Shown: positions 36,623 through 47,720 of the stretch, in pieces
Numbering within the stretch: position 1 is the stretch's first letter
Layout: every line of letters starts with the position of its first letter
Assembly: GCA_002633005.1 (NCBI GenBank)
Contig: NMRA01000088.1
Location: forward strand, 988,367 to 1,052,366
Reading direction: 5' to 3'
DNA: 64,000 nt
DNA from: Phoronis australis
Lineage: Eukaryota; Animalia; Phoronida
Translations under genes and position numbers: made by a program
Notes under the pieces: generated by a model
Databases searched by the model: none
The model's input: only the letters and a program-made list of their open reading frames with translations
Told to the model about the DNA's origin: nothing

Positions 36623-39600
36623 ATGAAAATCGCACAAGTCTGCCGCCGATGTCCTGCAATGATGGCTGCTGGAGAGGAAAAAGTATCACTTCATCAGATC
36701 TTGGTGAGCTTTGCCATCGGACACCAATGCTCCATACTCGTCGACAGCATCACAACAGAGTTGCCTATACTGGTCCAGACACTACCCGAACTTTGGGACT
36801 TTCCCGTGGTCTTAAATTTCTGGCACGCTCTAGTCTGCACACTTGTGTCGCTAATCGTTCTGGCTCTGACGAAGTTAACGAATGTTATTGACGTTCTCCA
36901 CCGACACAGACCAGTGCTGCTGTTAACGCTGAATATCCTTAAGGTAGTTCTCATGGTTTTTATGATTACTAACTGGGACAGAACGTCAATTGTGTACGGC
37001 AAAAAGTGCAGCATCGCGTTTCAAGTGATCTGGGTGTTGATAATTTCCGTGGGAAAAGTAGACTACTTATTTGGTTTGGCGTATGTCGCATCGCTTTCTC
37101 AAAGGTGTGTGACTGTGTTCTTCGTTGGAATGGGTTGCAGTGGCATCATTTACGGACTCGTCACGTTTTTCCAAGGTGCCGGAGATTTTGATTGCGTCAA
37201 CGAACCGCAAAACGCAACGCGCAGTGGTCTAAGAACATGACCACTGGCGACAAATCAGACAACATGAAAGACTGGAATAATAGCTTGGACTTCACAGGCG
37301 GGCATGAAGTAGTTGTTTTTAGGCCGCTGTTGTTTACCGTAGATTCCTATTTTAGCATCGTAACGGGCATTACCTTTTGCTGCTGCGGTTCACTTCTCTG
37401 CCACGTGATTGTTCTTCGTCTGCGACCAACGGATGATGACACAGAAGTCCTCAAGCTCATATCCCGGGGCGACACTGATGCTAGCAATGTCAAAGGAGTA
37501 ACTGACATCACAAAGACCGATAATCTTAAGGAGGCAAAATATCGGACGAGTGAGATAGCTAAAGAAAAGTCAGGGACCCAAACTGCAAAGGTCTCAACTC
37601 CAGAAGATGACAGCGACACCTTGAGAGTGAACGCCATTGTAGTGATTGTGTACGGGTGCTTGCTAAAAGGATTGACTCAAGGTGCCTCTGAGCCGTTGAT
37701 GACATATGCAACTTTGCCGTATGGTAACTTATCATTCAGTCTATGTCGCCGGCTTTCTTCTGCCGCAGAACCTCTTGCAAGTATTGTGTACGCTATTTTC
37801 CCTACCCAGTCTATACGGGCCTTGACTTTGATATTTGGAACGTACGTAACATTCTGTGTATACGTTTGTGTAGTAGCCGTTATGAGCCCTTCACCCCCTT
37901 TCGTCTCAACTCACCCTGTCCTTGGCAGTAGCTTAGTGGTAAGTATTTCTTGTTCATTTCTACAGGCAACTTGTTTAATTATTTGAGAATTATTTAAAGA
38001 GGCCTGGAACTCGAAAAACACACTAAATTGGCGATATTCGGAATAGTTCTCCGCCAATAAAATAGAATTCAACCTGCTCACCAAGTACTTTACGGTTTGT
38101 TTGTAAAGATTTTGAATTTCTGTTGATATCGAAGCATTTTTCTTTTGGTTTCAAATTTCAGAAAACTGCTTGTCACGTTGTCAATTTTTCTCCCACAAGG
38201 CAAAGTAAATCTCCTTACTTGGTATAGCAAGACATAGGCGCACATGTAACACATTTTCCTTATATGGAAAATGTCAACTTGAACCGGGATTTCCTCATAT
38301 GTCACTTTTGATGTAAACAAAACAATGGCGACCTCAAGCGGCAGCCACCCCGATTAAGAGGCAACTGATGTAAGTCATAACTTTTTAAAATTAGTTGAAG
38401 GTATCATAGTATTGATATATAATCTAAAGACACTTGGAATTACTTTTGGAAAACTGCTTGCTTCACTGGCAAACCTCATGCTGTGATGTCGACCTCAAAT
38501 TGGGAGTGTGATCACACACACATGATAATCTGCCGTTAATATTCATCTTGTCAGTCAACTGTTTGTCGAACGACTGTGAGCACATGCGCGCATTTACTTA
38601 AGTGGGAAATTCTGTGGTGACTACAAAGTTTTTCCTTTGTGCGTAATTAAAAAAATGTGAGTTTTGGGGTTTCTTTGAAAATTCCCTCACACGGGAAAGT
38701 GAATAATTTTGTAGTGGATGCTGCGAGATGGTACTTTCGTCTCATTACGCACCCGCGCTGCGGAGTGAGTAACCTATCTACTGATAACGGGTGGTTAACT
38801 AACGTATTCAATAAATATGGGCGCCCTGTACATGACCAAGCTGTCACAACGTTCCAAATTGTCACAACTTCAAAAGTGTGACAATTTGGGCCAGGGCTGT
38901 AGGCCCAAATTGTCACAATTTGCCAAAATTGTCACTGCTTGTGACATTTGGTCTTGCACAGGCCCAAACTAACACAACGGTCCAAATTGTCCCAACAATG
39001 TAAGAAGTGTAAGGGGCATATATTTGCTACAGTGGTGAAAAATTTTTACCAAAAATTCGCGCTACTATATACGCACTCGCAAACTAAAGCTCAGGCAATG
39101 AGAACAGTCATCAATTCAGTAAGTGCATGAATATGAGGTTAAAATTATGAATCTAAATATCAATTTGCTCCCCGAAAAATGTACAAGATAAAGACGCGTT
39201 TGTAAACATATTTTGTTTTACGGTAAAACCTCGTAATTGAGCAGATGCACTTAAAGGAGTATGCCACCCAAAAAACAACCTAATTTGTATTAATTTAGAT
39301 CGAGTAGTTCTACACCATAAGGCCACGTACGGTTGCGTTACCTGACACCTGACGGCAGACGGAGGTGTTGAAATTATCCAATGACGTAATTGGTTTCACA
39401 CGCAGTCTGTTCAGCAGTTCACAACACGGGTTACTGCCGGTGTCAGCTTATTGCTTGAACTCACCGTTTAACACCAATAAATCATCAAACTTCGATGTGA
39501 AACCCTTAAAAATACACCGAGTTCCTATAAAAACGTGTTGTTTTATTTCGGTGTTACGGATTTATTGGTGTTTGGACACACCGTAACCTACAAAGTCCGG

Positions 39601-42600
39601 CAGGCCAATAATGTCCGTAGCAGGAGTTTGGGGTCTGTTCGGAGATAAATTTGAAGTATTTTTCCGTGAGATACTGACAGGAGAACCAAGATCTGGGTTG
39701 TTTAGACTTGTTATTTTTTGAGTTCTAAACACACAAAATGCTGGTTATCCTGGACAGTGGCACGAGCCGACCGGATGAGGCCCGTCGCGGCCGGACTGAC
39801 TCGTTATCCCGGCCAGTGGCTCGGAAGCCGATCAGACATCACGAACATAAACCCGCCAAAGTTGAAAACTAAACTTCCAGTCAAGAAAATACTATACTAG
39901 TGAGCCAAAGAAGTAAAGTGCACGTGAATATGTTGGTGAATTAGCCACGAAACTGCAATCTACTTAGTCGTTAAGGGCCGCGAATTCAGGTTCCGCTTGG
40001 GCCACACCGTCACGGCACTAATTAAGTTGTACATTGACAATCATTATTTGAGTAATATAAATGTACATAAAGATTCCCCTAACACCTGGCCGTGGGATAG
40101 AAATCGAGCTGTTTCACAACAGTTTCTGTCTGCACGCACTGAATTAGCATGAGCTCACACGACCTCGGTGTCCCGTCAATTGGTTTTATTGCACCTGAAG
40201 CCGGCCAGTAACGCAGTGATTTATTCATTGCTGGCTTCTCAAATTATTTGGACTCACGAATACTCCAAAGGCAATACAAATTGCATCTAAAGAGACAGAT
40301 TTTGTTTCAGTTTTATATAAGTATGGGTAGGGGTGAGAATAATTCATTTTGAAACAGAACGCTCAGTAATAAAGGTCAACATGGCAACTCGCAATCCCTA
40401 CTGGACGAGGGCTCATCCCGACGAAGACTTCGCAGGTGGATCGTTAAGTTTCACAAGCTATCAGTTCGAACAGGAATACAGTGATGAAGAAATACTAGAG
40501 AGGCGCCGTGAACAAGCTCAGACAACGGAACGTATGGAAAAGTTATTTGGTAAGCCGGCATTCGTCAGGCACTGTCCCGCGACGGACTGCAGGTCACAAG
40601 TACGGAGATGTTTCACGGCCTCATACTTGTTATTGACAGCGTACTTTTCATTCTTCACTACCGCGAGCCACTTCCTAAGCATTTCGGACTCTCGACGAAG
40701 TCGAAAAAATGATATACCCGCTTTCCTCGCAGCTGCATAGTTCAGACAAGCGGGAACGATGCACCGCAACATAGCTGCAAATGAACCACTGATGTCGCTG
40801 CGTCGTTTCTCACCTTCCTCACACGTTAACGCGACACCTCTCGGCAAGGTAAGGTCGACTGTATGTGAGGCGATGTGGATATAGACCGATTAAGACGGCA
40901 AAAAAGACTAATTACGGGTGGCATTCTCCTTTAACTGTTGAGCTAGGCCTAGTAACAGAGCTTAGGCGCATGAGCCTACATACAAGACATTTGAGTAGAA
41001 AAATCTAGCGAAATGTAACCGGCTACACACATTCGCATATTGTTCCAAAATACAGGGTATCCAGAATTCCCTACCCGCTCACAATATGCTTCTCTCGTGG
41101 ACGCTATTCCTGTCTTGCGGACGCTATTCCTGTCTTACGGACGCCATTTCTGTCCACGGTTCCACTACTTTTTTCGCGTCACAGGGAATGCGGGAGCACG
41201 GCTGCCCAATGTACCAATGAAAAAGCATATCCGTGTGAGGCAAAAAGTTTGAACAGGCCAAAGTTGCGCAAGGGCAGAGAAGTCTAGGCATCCTGCCCAT
41301 TTCTCAGACGGTTGTGGCATCGGATACCCTGATGACTATGTTAAACATTTGAATGATTTCTGAAATCCATGGAAGTTTTGCGGCATCCGTCATTAATCAG
41401 ATCAGCGCCAAGAAAAACAACCTTTCAGACAGGTTCAAATAGTTGCCTGAAACTCGTTCGTTGTCGTTTCTTGTCATATCTCACTCTGATCATGGGCGTG
41501 CACCCTTACTACACATCGAAAAAATTCTGACCACTCACAAACGATTTTATCACGGAAACGAAACTAAACTAAAACTGCAGACTCACGGGTTCTCGTACCA
41601 TGAACGAAGAGTTTTTGTTGTGCGATAAGAGTGCTTGTCCGTGTTTAGAATACCAGGAACGCAAAAACTTTAAAAACACCTTTTAAAAATATCCTGACGA
41701 ATCCTCTTCTTAGGGATGCTAACTTTGAATATTACAAAAAATTTCTAGAAAAATCGTCAGCTTCACTATTTTTGAAACACATACAAAATATTTTCTTTCA
41801 CCCCAATACAGTTCTCAAACTCTCCGCCCATAACAATGTATATATATATTCACACATAAGGACTTGCCCAGTAAACATTTCCCACGCGCATAACCACTGT
41901 TGTTTTGTTTATATCAAAGGTCAAATGAAACATTTTCCATATGAGCGAAATGTGCTACGTCTATGCCTTGCTACTCCAAATAAAGAGACATGCTTTGCCT
42001 TGTAGGAGAAAAATCGACGAAGTGACGAGCTGTTGACGGATCGTTTTATTTTTTAAATTTAAAACTGAAAAAAAAATGCTTTGACATCAATATCAATTCA
42101 GAATCCATATGAAAAGACAGCAAAATACCTAGTGAACAGTTTAATTTCTGCTTCAGTAGCAGAGAAACACTTTGGTTTTGGCGTTCCATGTCACTTTAAG
42201 GGTGTGTCTGCACCCCTGGTATTGTTATACGAAAATACTCTGCAACCCGGCTTCAACGGCCTATGCATGCACATGTTTGGATCATGGTGACCGTTCGCAT
42301 GAACAACTACCGCTGCAACACCAGGTATATAATGTTTTAAACGTAGTGCTTTTGACAGAATATCCAATCTTTATAGCTAGAACATTCACCTCACACATCT
42401 TATTACTATGACAGTTTGGGGTGTTGTGACTATTTCGGCCTGTGCACTCAGCTCTTGTGTACTGGCCTGGTACCGACAATTTCACTTAAAGGGTCAATGC
42501 TTGTGGATGGTCACGTGGTTTCCTGGCATGGACAGTTTCTAGCATGATGAATTTTCGTTCCTGATGTATTAAATTTTCTGTCATGGTGTGCTGAATTTTA

Positions 42601-43725
42601 GTCCTGAAATGTTAAATGGACATGGTAAATTATAGGTCCTGTCGCAATAAGTTTTCGGTCCCGATTTCATAAATTTTGGTCTCGAGTTTTTTGGTATTAC
42701 ACAATGGAAATATTGTTTTAGACTGTTTTGAGCTCTTGTCAATATGAAGTCTAGTTTTGAGATATTTATTTTTGATTGTGCGGAATAAAGTTAATGTTCA
42801 TAAAATTTAGAAAATATGTGTCCTGGACTTTTTTCCGTTTTGACCTCTCATAGTAATCCTGTAATGGTGTAACAGCTTTATCATACGCAGATTCAACGAG
42901 TGCCATCATCTAGGTCTAAACAACAGGCTAACACAATGGGCGGAATCCCAGCGAAAATAATTAGAGGAACAAGACAGGTTTCGCCAGAAAAGATCAACAC
43001 GTGACCAAATATTTGTCCTCCAATTAATGGGCAGACGGTTCTATTGAGTTTCCGTCTATTTTCCTCCACCTTTGACACTGCCCCCCGTAACTTCTTGTAG
43101 TATCCCCTCTTAACCGAAGGTGTACACGGAAAAATATGACAGTGGTAGTGAAAAAACACTGTGCTCGAATTCCCAAAGCCTTACCTGATATATCTACGTA
43201 TGCAATAGGTATCCGGTGTTGGTGGTGGTGGTGGTGGGCGGGTGGTTGTAACATGAGCCTGTGATTGTTGTGAGCGTGTGGGGGTGTTGTAGCCCCTATA
43301 CGCTTCCGTAGTACTCCTTCAAATGACAATCAAAACAGTACATCTGCAATTACTTTCGGGAAAAGGTTTATTCTGCAAGTTGACTTCGCTTTCGTTGTCG
43401 TCTTCCCTTTTTTCATTCAATTTTGCTAATGAGTGTCGCTCCTCAAGAGCGATCCCATTTCTTTCACTTTACGCACGTTATCTTTCAGGTTTCGTCGTAT
43501 ATTTTGTTGATGTTGATCAAAGGTTACTTGCGATGTGGCTTGGCAACGACGGCTGCTGGAATGGGACAAAAGACGTTGAGGCTTTGCAGCGTGGTGCAAG
43601 ATTCATTCTGTATAGTGCTGGTGGCCCCAGCATTTGTCTGCCTCGACGTGTTGAAACTGCTGGCCGATATTCCTCAATGTTCTTACGAGAAATCTCTACT
43701 AACATACTTTCATCCTAGATTTTAA
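36623..43725 (+). CDS. SLC52 (riboflavin transporter)-like protein, divergent; coding 36623-37938 with one -1 frameshift in 37192-37240, last exon 43489-43725 (possible pseudogene or assembly indel)
   Basis: SLC52 motifs ELPILVQTLPELWDFP, WDRTSIVYG..SIAF, FFVGMGCSG..GLVTFFQGAG..CVN, TYATLPYGNL, AVMSPSPP, phase-0 intron GSSLV|VSSYILL..GYLR; splice sites GTAAGT and TTTCAG are intact. Confidence 0.82.
38100..38290 (-). repeat. Old dispersed repeat, also at ~41915-42080 (+) and ~54430-54600 (+)
   Basis: Shared core ctatgycttrc..ccaartaargaga..ctttgcct.gtrggagaaaaatyga. Confidence 0.6.
39255..40930. mobile_element. Internally deleted Kolobok-like DNA transposon in the SLC52 intron
   Basis: TTAA TSD both sides; 15-bp TIR AGGAGTATGCCACCC / GGGTGGCATTCTCCT; degenerate THAP domain on - (ATG 40772, MLRCIVPACLN..ISFFRL..W); convergent acidic YQFEQEYSDEE ORF start on + (40381). 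Confidence 0.8.
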
Positions 43726-44818
43726 CTTGACTCGACAATCTGTCATCGAATGTGTTATTGTATTTTAGCATCATTTTGATTTGGTCATCATATTATATAA
43801 CTTTCACTTAATGTTCACTGCTACTTTCTGAGGGAAGGGGATTACTAATACTTCCAACTGTTAGTGAACAAAGTGCACCCTTATACGTACATGTTGACTT
43901 GTAGTTTTATATAAACTTGCTCAGCTCTTCAAGGCAGTGTTTGTTTCACACTCTGCAGTTTATTACAATAGGACTAGTTAGACGCAATCTCATTGTTTCT
44001 ATCTGTTTCAACGAACGACCTCTGCGTACATGGCCGAATCACACTTTCACTTGTGTTTTTGTTTTTCTTTTATTTCCCTGTACTTGAGTTATTCTAATAA
44101 ATATTTTATCACTATAAAGGCCGTTGATGTATCTTATTTCAGGACGGAGACAACCTGATGCGGCACAGCAAGGAATTGAATTGTTTGCATATCTCAGTGC
44201 CATTTTTACCCCTTGCAGATAGGTGTATCGTTCAAAACATGGAGCTGAAAAAATATGAATCAGTCTGTACCACAACAAAATACAATTTCTTATTAGTATA
44301 AACCAAGAAAATGTCCACAAATTTGACTCGTATGGCTTTGTACCGAGAGCTAACGATATCAATACTGCTCCCACAATGGAATTTGTCGAAACGCTGAAGC
44401 CTTGAAATGTGCGCATTTTTATCGCCATCATCGACATCTTACAATGTGCTCCAAAATTGGGCGAAAGGTTTTCCTAAAAAGAAAAAAGAGTCTGTGACAA
44501 TCCTGAATATGTTGGTAAAGGTACACAGTTGCAGCCATTTCACGATCTAGTCATGGAGTGTCCTGAATTAACCTTTGTGTTAATAATCACCAAGACATGC
44601 CTAATAATGAAGTGTGGTTTTGGCCAAACATTTAGATTTTGTTGTTGGCTTCACATAGTTGTACTCCAGTGGAAAGTCTAGTGAATAGATAGCCTTTGTA
44701 TTTTGCAAGTCAACGTGAACGATTTTAGGTTGGGAAACAAGTTCACGTTGGACGAAGGCCACCTTGCCAAAACTAAAAAGGGCGTGTGTAAACTCGTCGA
44801 TCTTTAGAAGCAGAACTG

Positions 44819-45138
44819 CAGTGGCGGATTTAGGGGGGAGGGGGGCAAATGTACCATGCCCCCTAAAATTCTCCCAGATACTACTTGGCAGTTCGGGGTG
44901 CGAATTGCTGACTAGGACATGCGCCATGCGCGCACCCAGGAGGGCTCGGGGGGCGAATGCACAATGCATAGGCCTTGAACAAACCTCGTTTACCTTTTTT
45001 ATTGTAGTAATACGGTCCACAAATCCAGAAATTCGAGACCTCTGCATCCCTACATTTTAGGTTGGGCGCCCGCGTTTTGCGAAATTCTGGTTATTCCTGT
45101 GCCCTGCCCCCCAACTCAAATTCCTGGATCCGCCCCTG
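44819..45138. mobile_element. MITE (CAGTGGCGGAT family)
   Basis: cagtggcggatttagg ... cctggatccgcccctg termini. Confidence 0.7.
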
Positions 45139-45776
45139 TGTAGAGACCAGTTAATTTTAGTTCATACAGGCCAGAGTTTATTATAGATACGAGATAACAG
45201 GTGTCACCTATGAGATGGAGATAGGGTAGCTGTTAGACAACTTATTGCATGGATTATTCGCAGTACCATATTTGTCACCGTTCTTTTATAAATACTCTGT
45301 GTCGATCTATCATACCATCAAACTGACGCTGATTTTATGATGTGATAGTGCCCAACGTCTCAAAAGAGTTGTTTATAGAATGTTACCTGTTAGAATTTGT
45401 AAAAAATACCCAAGACAGAAAAAAATGTCAGCGTCAAGTTCTGGAAGCTTATCAGGAAAAAAAAGCTGGCACCAGACACGAGCTCGAACTACACGCAACA
45501 GACATAGTCCCTCTGTTTGGGTTCCCCTGTTGTTGGACTAGGAGCTCCATCAATTTGCCTAGCTTCCATTTCCAAGGCACCTCATCAAAAAACACTGAAC
45601 CAGTTATTACTTCCATGCCATGTATGATTCGTATGCTGTGCATGTAGTGACACCTAGCGCCTACTCCAGAAGAAGTACCCCAGGCTACGGATTTCAAAGG
45701 GAAAAGAAATAAATATGGCCAAACCGCTCTCTTCTGTTTCAAAGTCGCGTATCAGCTACTGTCTGGTGAACTGTTA

Positions 45777-45814
45777 CCTTGAAAATGGTTTAAAGTAATA
45801 AACCGAAACGTCGG
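45777..45814 (+). ncRNA. Variant minimal hammerhead motif (U3-A8) at the 3' end of a putative Penelope-like remnant
   Basis: CC-UUGAAAA-U-GGUUUA-aaguaa-UAAACC-GAAAC-GUC-GG; perfect 6-bp stem II; the upstream RQVLEAY...KLAPD stretch loosely resembles a GIY-YIG C-terminus. Confidence 0.6.
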
Positions 45815-46023
45815 ACAAATATGTTTTTATGTACGTTCGCGCTCATCTTAAAATTCGTGCTTCTGTTTTGGCCTAAAACGAATCTGATTAGTCAGGTGGT
45901 CATTAAAAAACAGAAACAGCTGAGAGAGATTAAACTAAAGCTAAACGAGACATAGTAAATATAGACGCTGATGTTGGCTAATAGTGAATAAAATAAATAA
46001 ACACAAAAAATCAGGAATACCAA

Positions 46024-46091
46024 CAGGGCGCCGAACCAAAGGTATCTAGATTGCCGGTCTAGTGCTCCTACCACTGACCTACTGAAGACCC
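46024..46091 (-). mobile_element. tRNA-derived SINE head / tRNA pseudogene
   Basis: Minus strand: A-box TAGGTCAGTGGTAG, anticodon arm CTAGA-CCGGCAA-TCTAG, B-box-like GGTTCG; the acceptor stem is not intact. Confidence 0.55.
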
Positions 46092-46702
46092 GATATCTGT
46101 GCAGTAAATGAGCAATCTAATCCTTTGAGAGGATACACGAGGGTCTTGCCAGTATTATGAAAGCATGTAAGAAAAGTAAGTTAACGACTATGTTGTGAAA
46201 AGAGTAAAAGATGTCCTTTCCTCGGAAACGCGAACGAATCCAGTGTCACACCATGACGTTGCGGTTCGCTATGATACATGCCATTTTAAATTACATCATG
46301 ACAATCGGACAACTGAACTAAGAATTTTCTAAAAAAACTTTTTACTCAAACTGCAGGCATTTTACCTAAATGAACGTAATCGGCATTACGACTAAAAACG
46401 CAGTTTTGGGATCGGATGGATAGACTTCTGAAGTTATTACCTTTGACCAATGCTATAAAACAAAATCTGTTGTGTTTTTTGTGATTTTATTACGTATTGC
46501 AAATTCCCTTCGTTGCCTGCCAGCCATTCGCCGAAACCCAGTCCGGTGGCAGCATGTCACGCTCGAGTTGAACATGACAAGCATCGAACGTCTGACGCTT
46601 TGTTAGCGATTATTTTGATGACTAATTTGTACACGAAGCCGTTGTGAGGCGCCACGGTCACGACAAAAATCGCATAGTTTGTGCGATGCGGTTAACGAAC
46701 AC

Positions 46703-47299
46703 TTCATATGCGCTAACTGCGCAGCGACACCGGAGCTAGCATATTGTGAAACAAAACATGAGGATGAGCTAAAAGGTCATATATATTACGGCAAACTAAA
46801 CAGATATTGAAAAATACAATTAAAGATGTATAATATGTTGAGTTGTAAAAATGGGTGACTTTCTACTGAAGCAACACCATGACATCGACATAAGAAATTT
46901 GACAGGAAATACGTAATAAAATGGGTTGAGGGAGGGAAGGTTGTAGGAAAATGGAATGAAAAATACCGAGTTGACGATAAAACATGAACGGTGACACAGT
47001 ACTGCAACAGGACAAAGAAATCATGTGCTACAGGTAAACCAATAGGGGAGAGCAAGAAAGGTCAATGAACCGAGAATCAAAACATTATGATAATGAGGAT
47101 GAAGCAATATAGGTTTCATAATAAAATAATTCAATACTTAAATGTTATTCATATGCGCTAACTGGAAAGCGATACCGAATCTAGTTTACAACACATGAAG
47201 ATGTGATAAAAGGTCTTATATATAATGACAAACTAAACTGCTACAGATATTGATAAATACAAAAGATATATAATATGTTGAGCTGTAAAGGTGGGTGAC
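46703..47299. repeat. Pair of diverged ~150-bp direct repeats (46703-46859, 47148-47299)
   Basis: ttcatatgcgctaactg...taaaaggtc...aaactaaac...tataatatgttgag.tgtaaa..tgggtgac occurs in both. Confidence 0.8.
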
Positions 47300-47589
47300 G
47301 TCACAGATGCAGCAGAAGGATGCATCTGCTCACTCGCCAGACAAAAAGGAAAAAATATGTTGTGTGAAGTAAAGTACAAGAAATGATAAATATAAGAAAA
47401 GGCCAACATGGAGTGGAAACGCTGATTAAAATGACAATCTATACAGTAATGTCCTGGGGTGGAGAATGTTGGTGAGTGAAACGGACACTGGCAATAGAGT
47501 TGCCCCTAAGATGAAAATGATGGTGAGTGACACAGGACACTGGTAATTCAGTTTCCCCTGGGACAACTGGACACTGGCTTCGCCAAAAC

Positions 47590-47720
47590 ATACGGAAACT
47601 ATGAGATTTGTAGCGTTTTGGATCGAGACCGGCGCACTGGAGTACTAAGTTAAGGTTGCAAGTGAAGTGTGATCGAGTGATGGAGGACGGTGTGCTAACC
47701 AGGAATTGCATAACAGGCCA
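47590..47720 (-). mobile_element. DIRS/Ngaro-type tyrosine recombinase remnant
   Basis: ITRSHFTCNLNLVLQCAGLDPKRYKSHSFR matches the GLDP..Y.SHSFR box of YR retrotransposons; truncated after HSFR. Confidence 0.7.

Noticed and set aside
44740-44765. VHVG peptide as the missing alpha-tubulin exon 2
   Set aside because: Flanking residues do not match RECIS/QAG and there is no suitable acceptor
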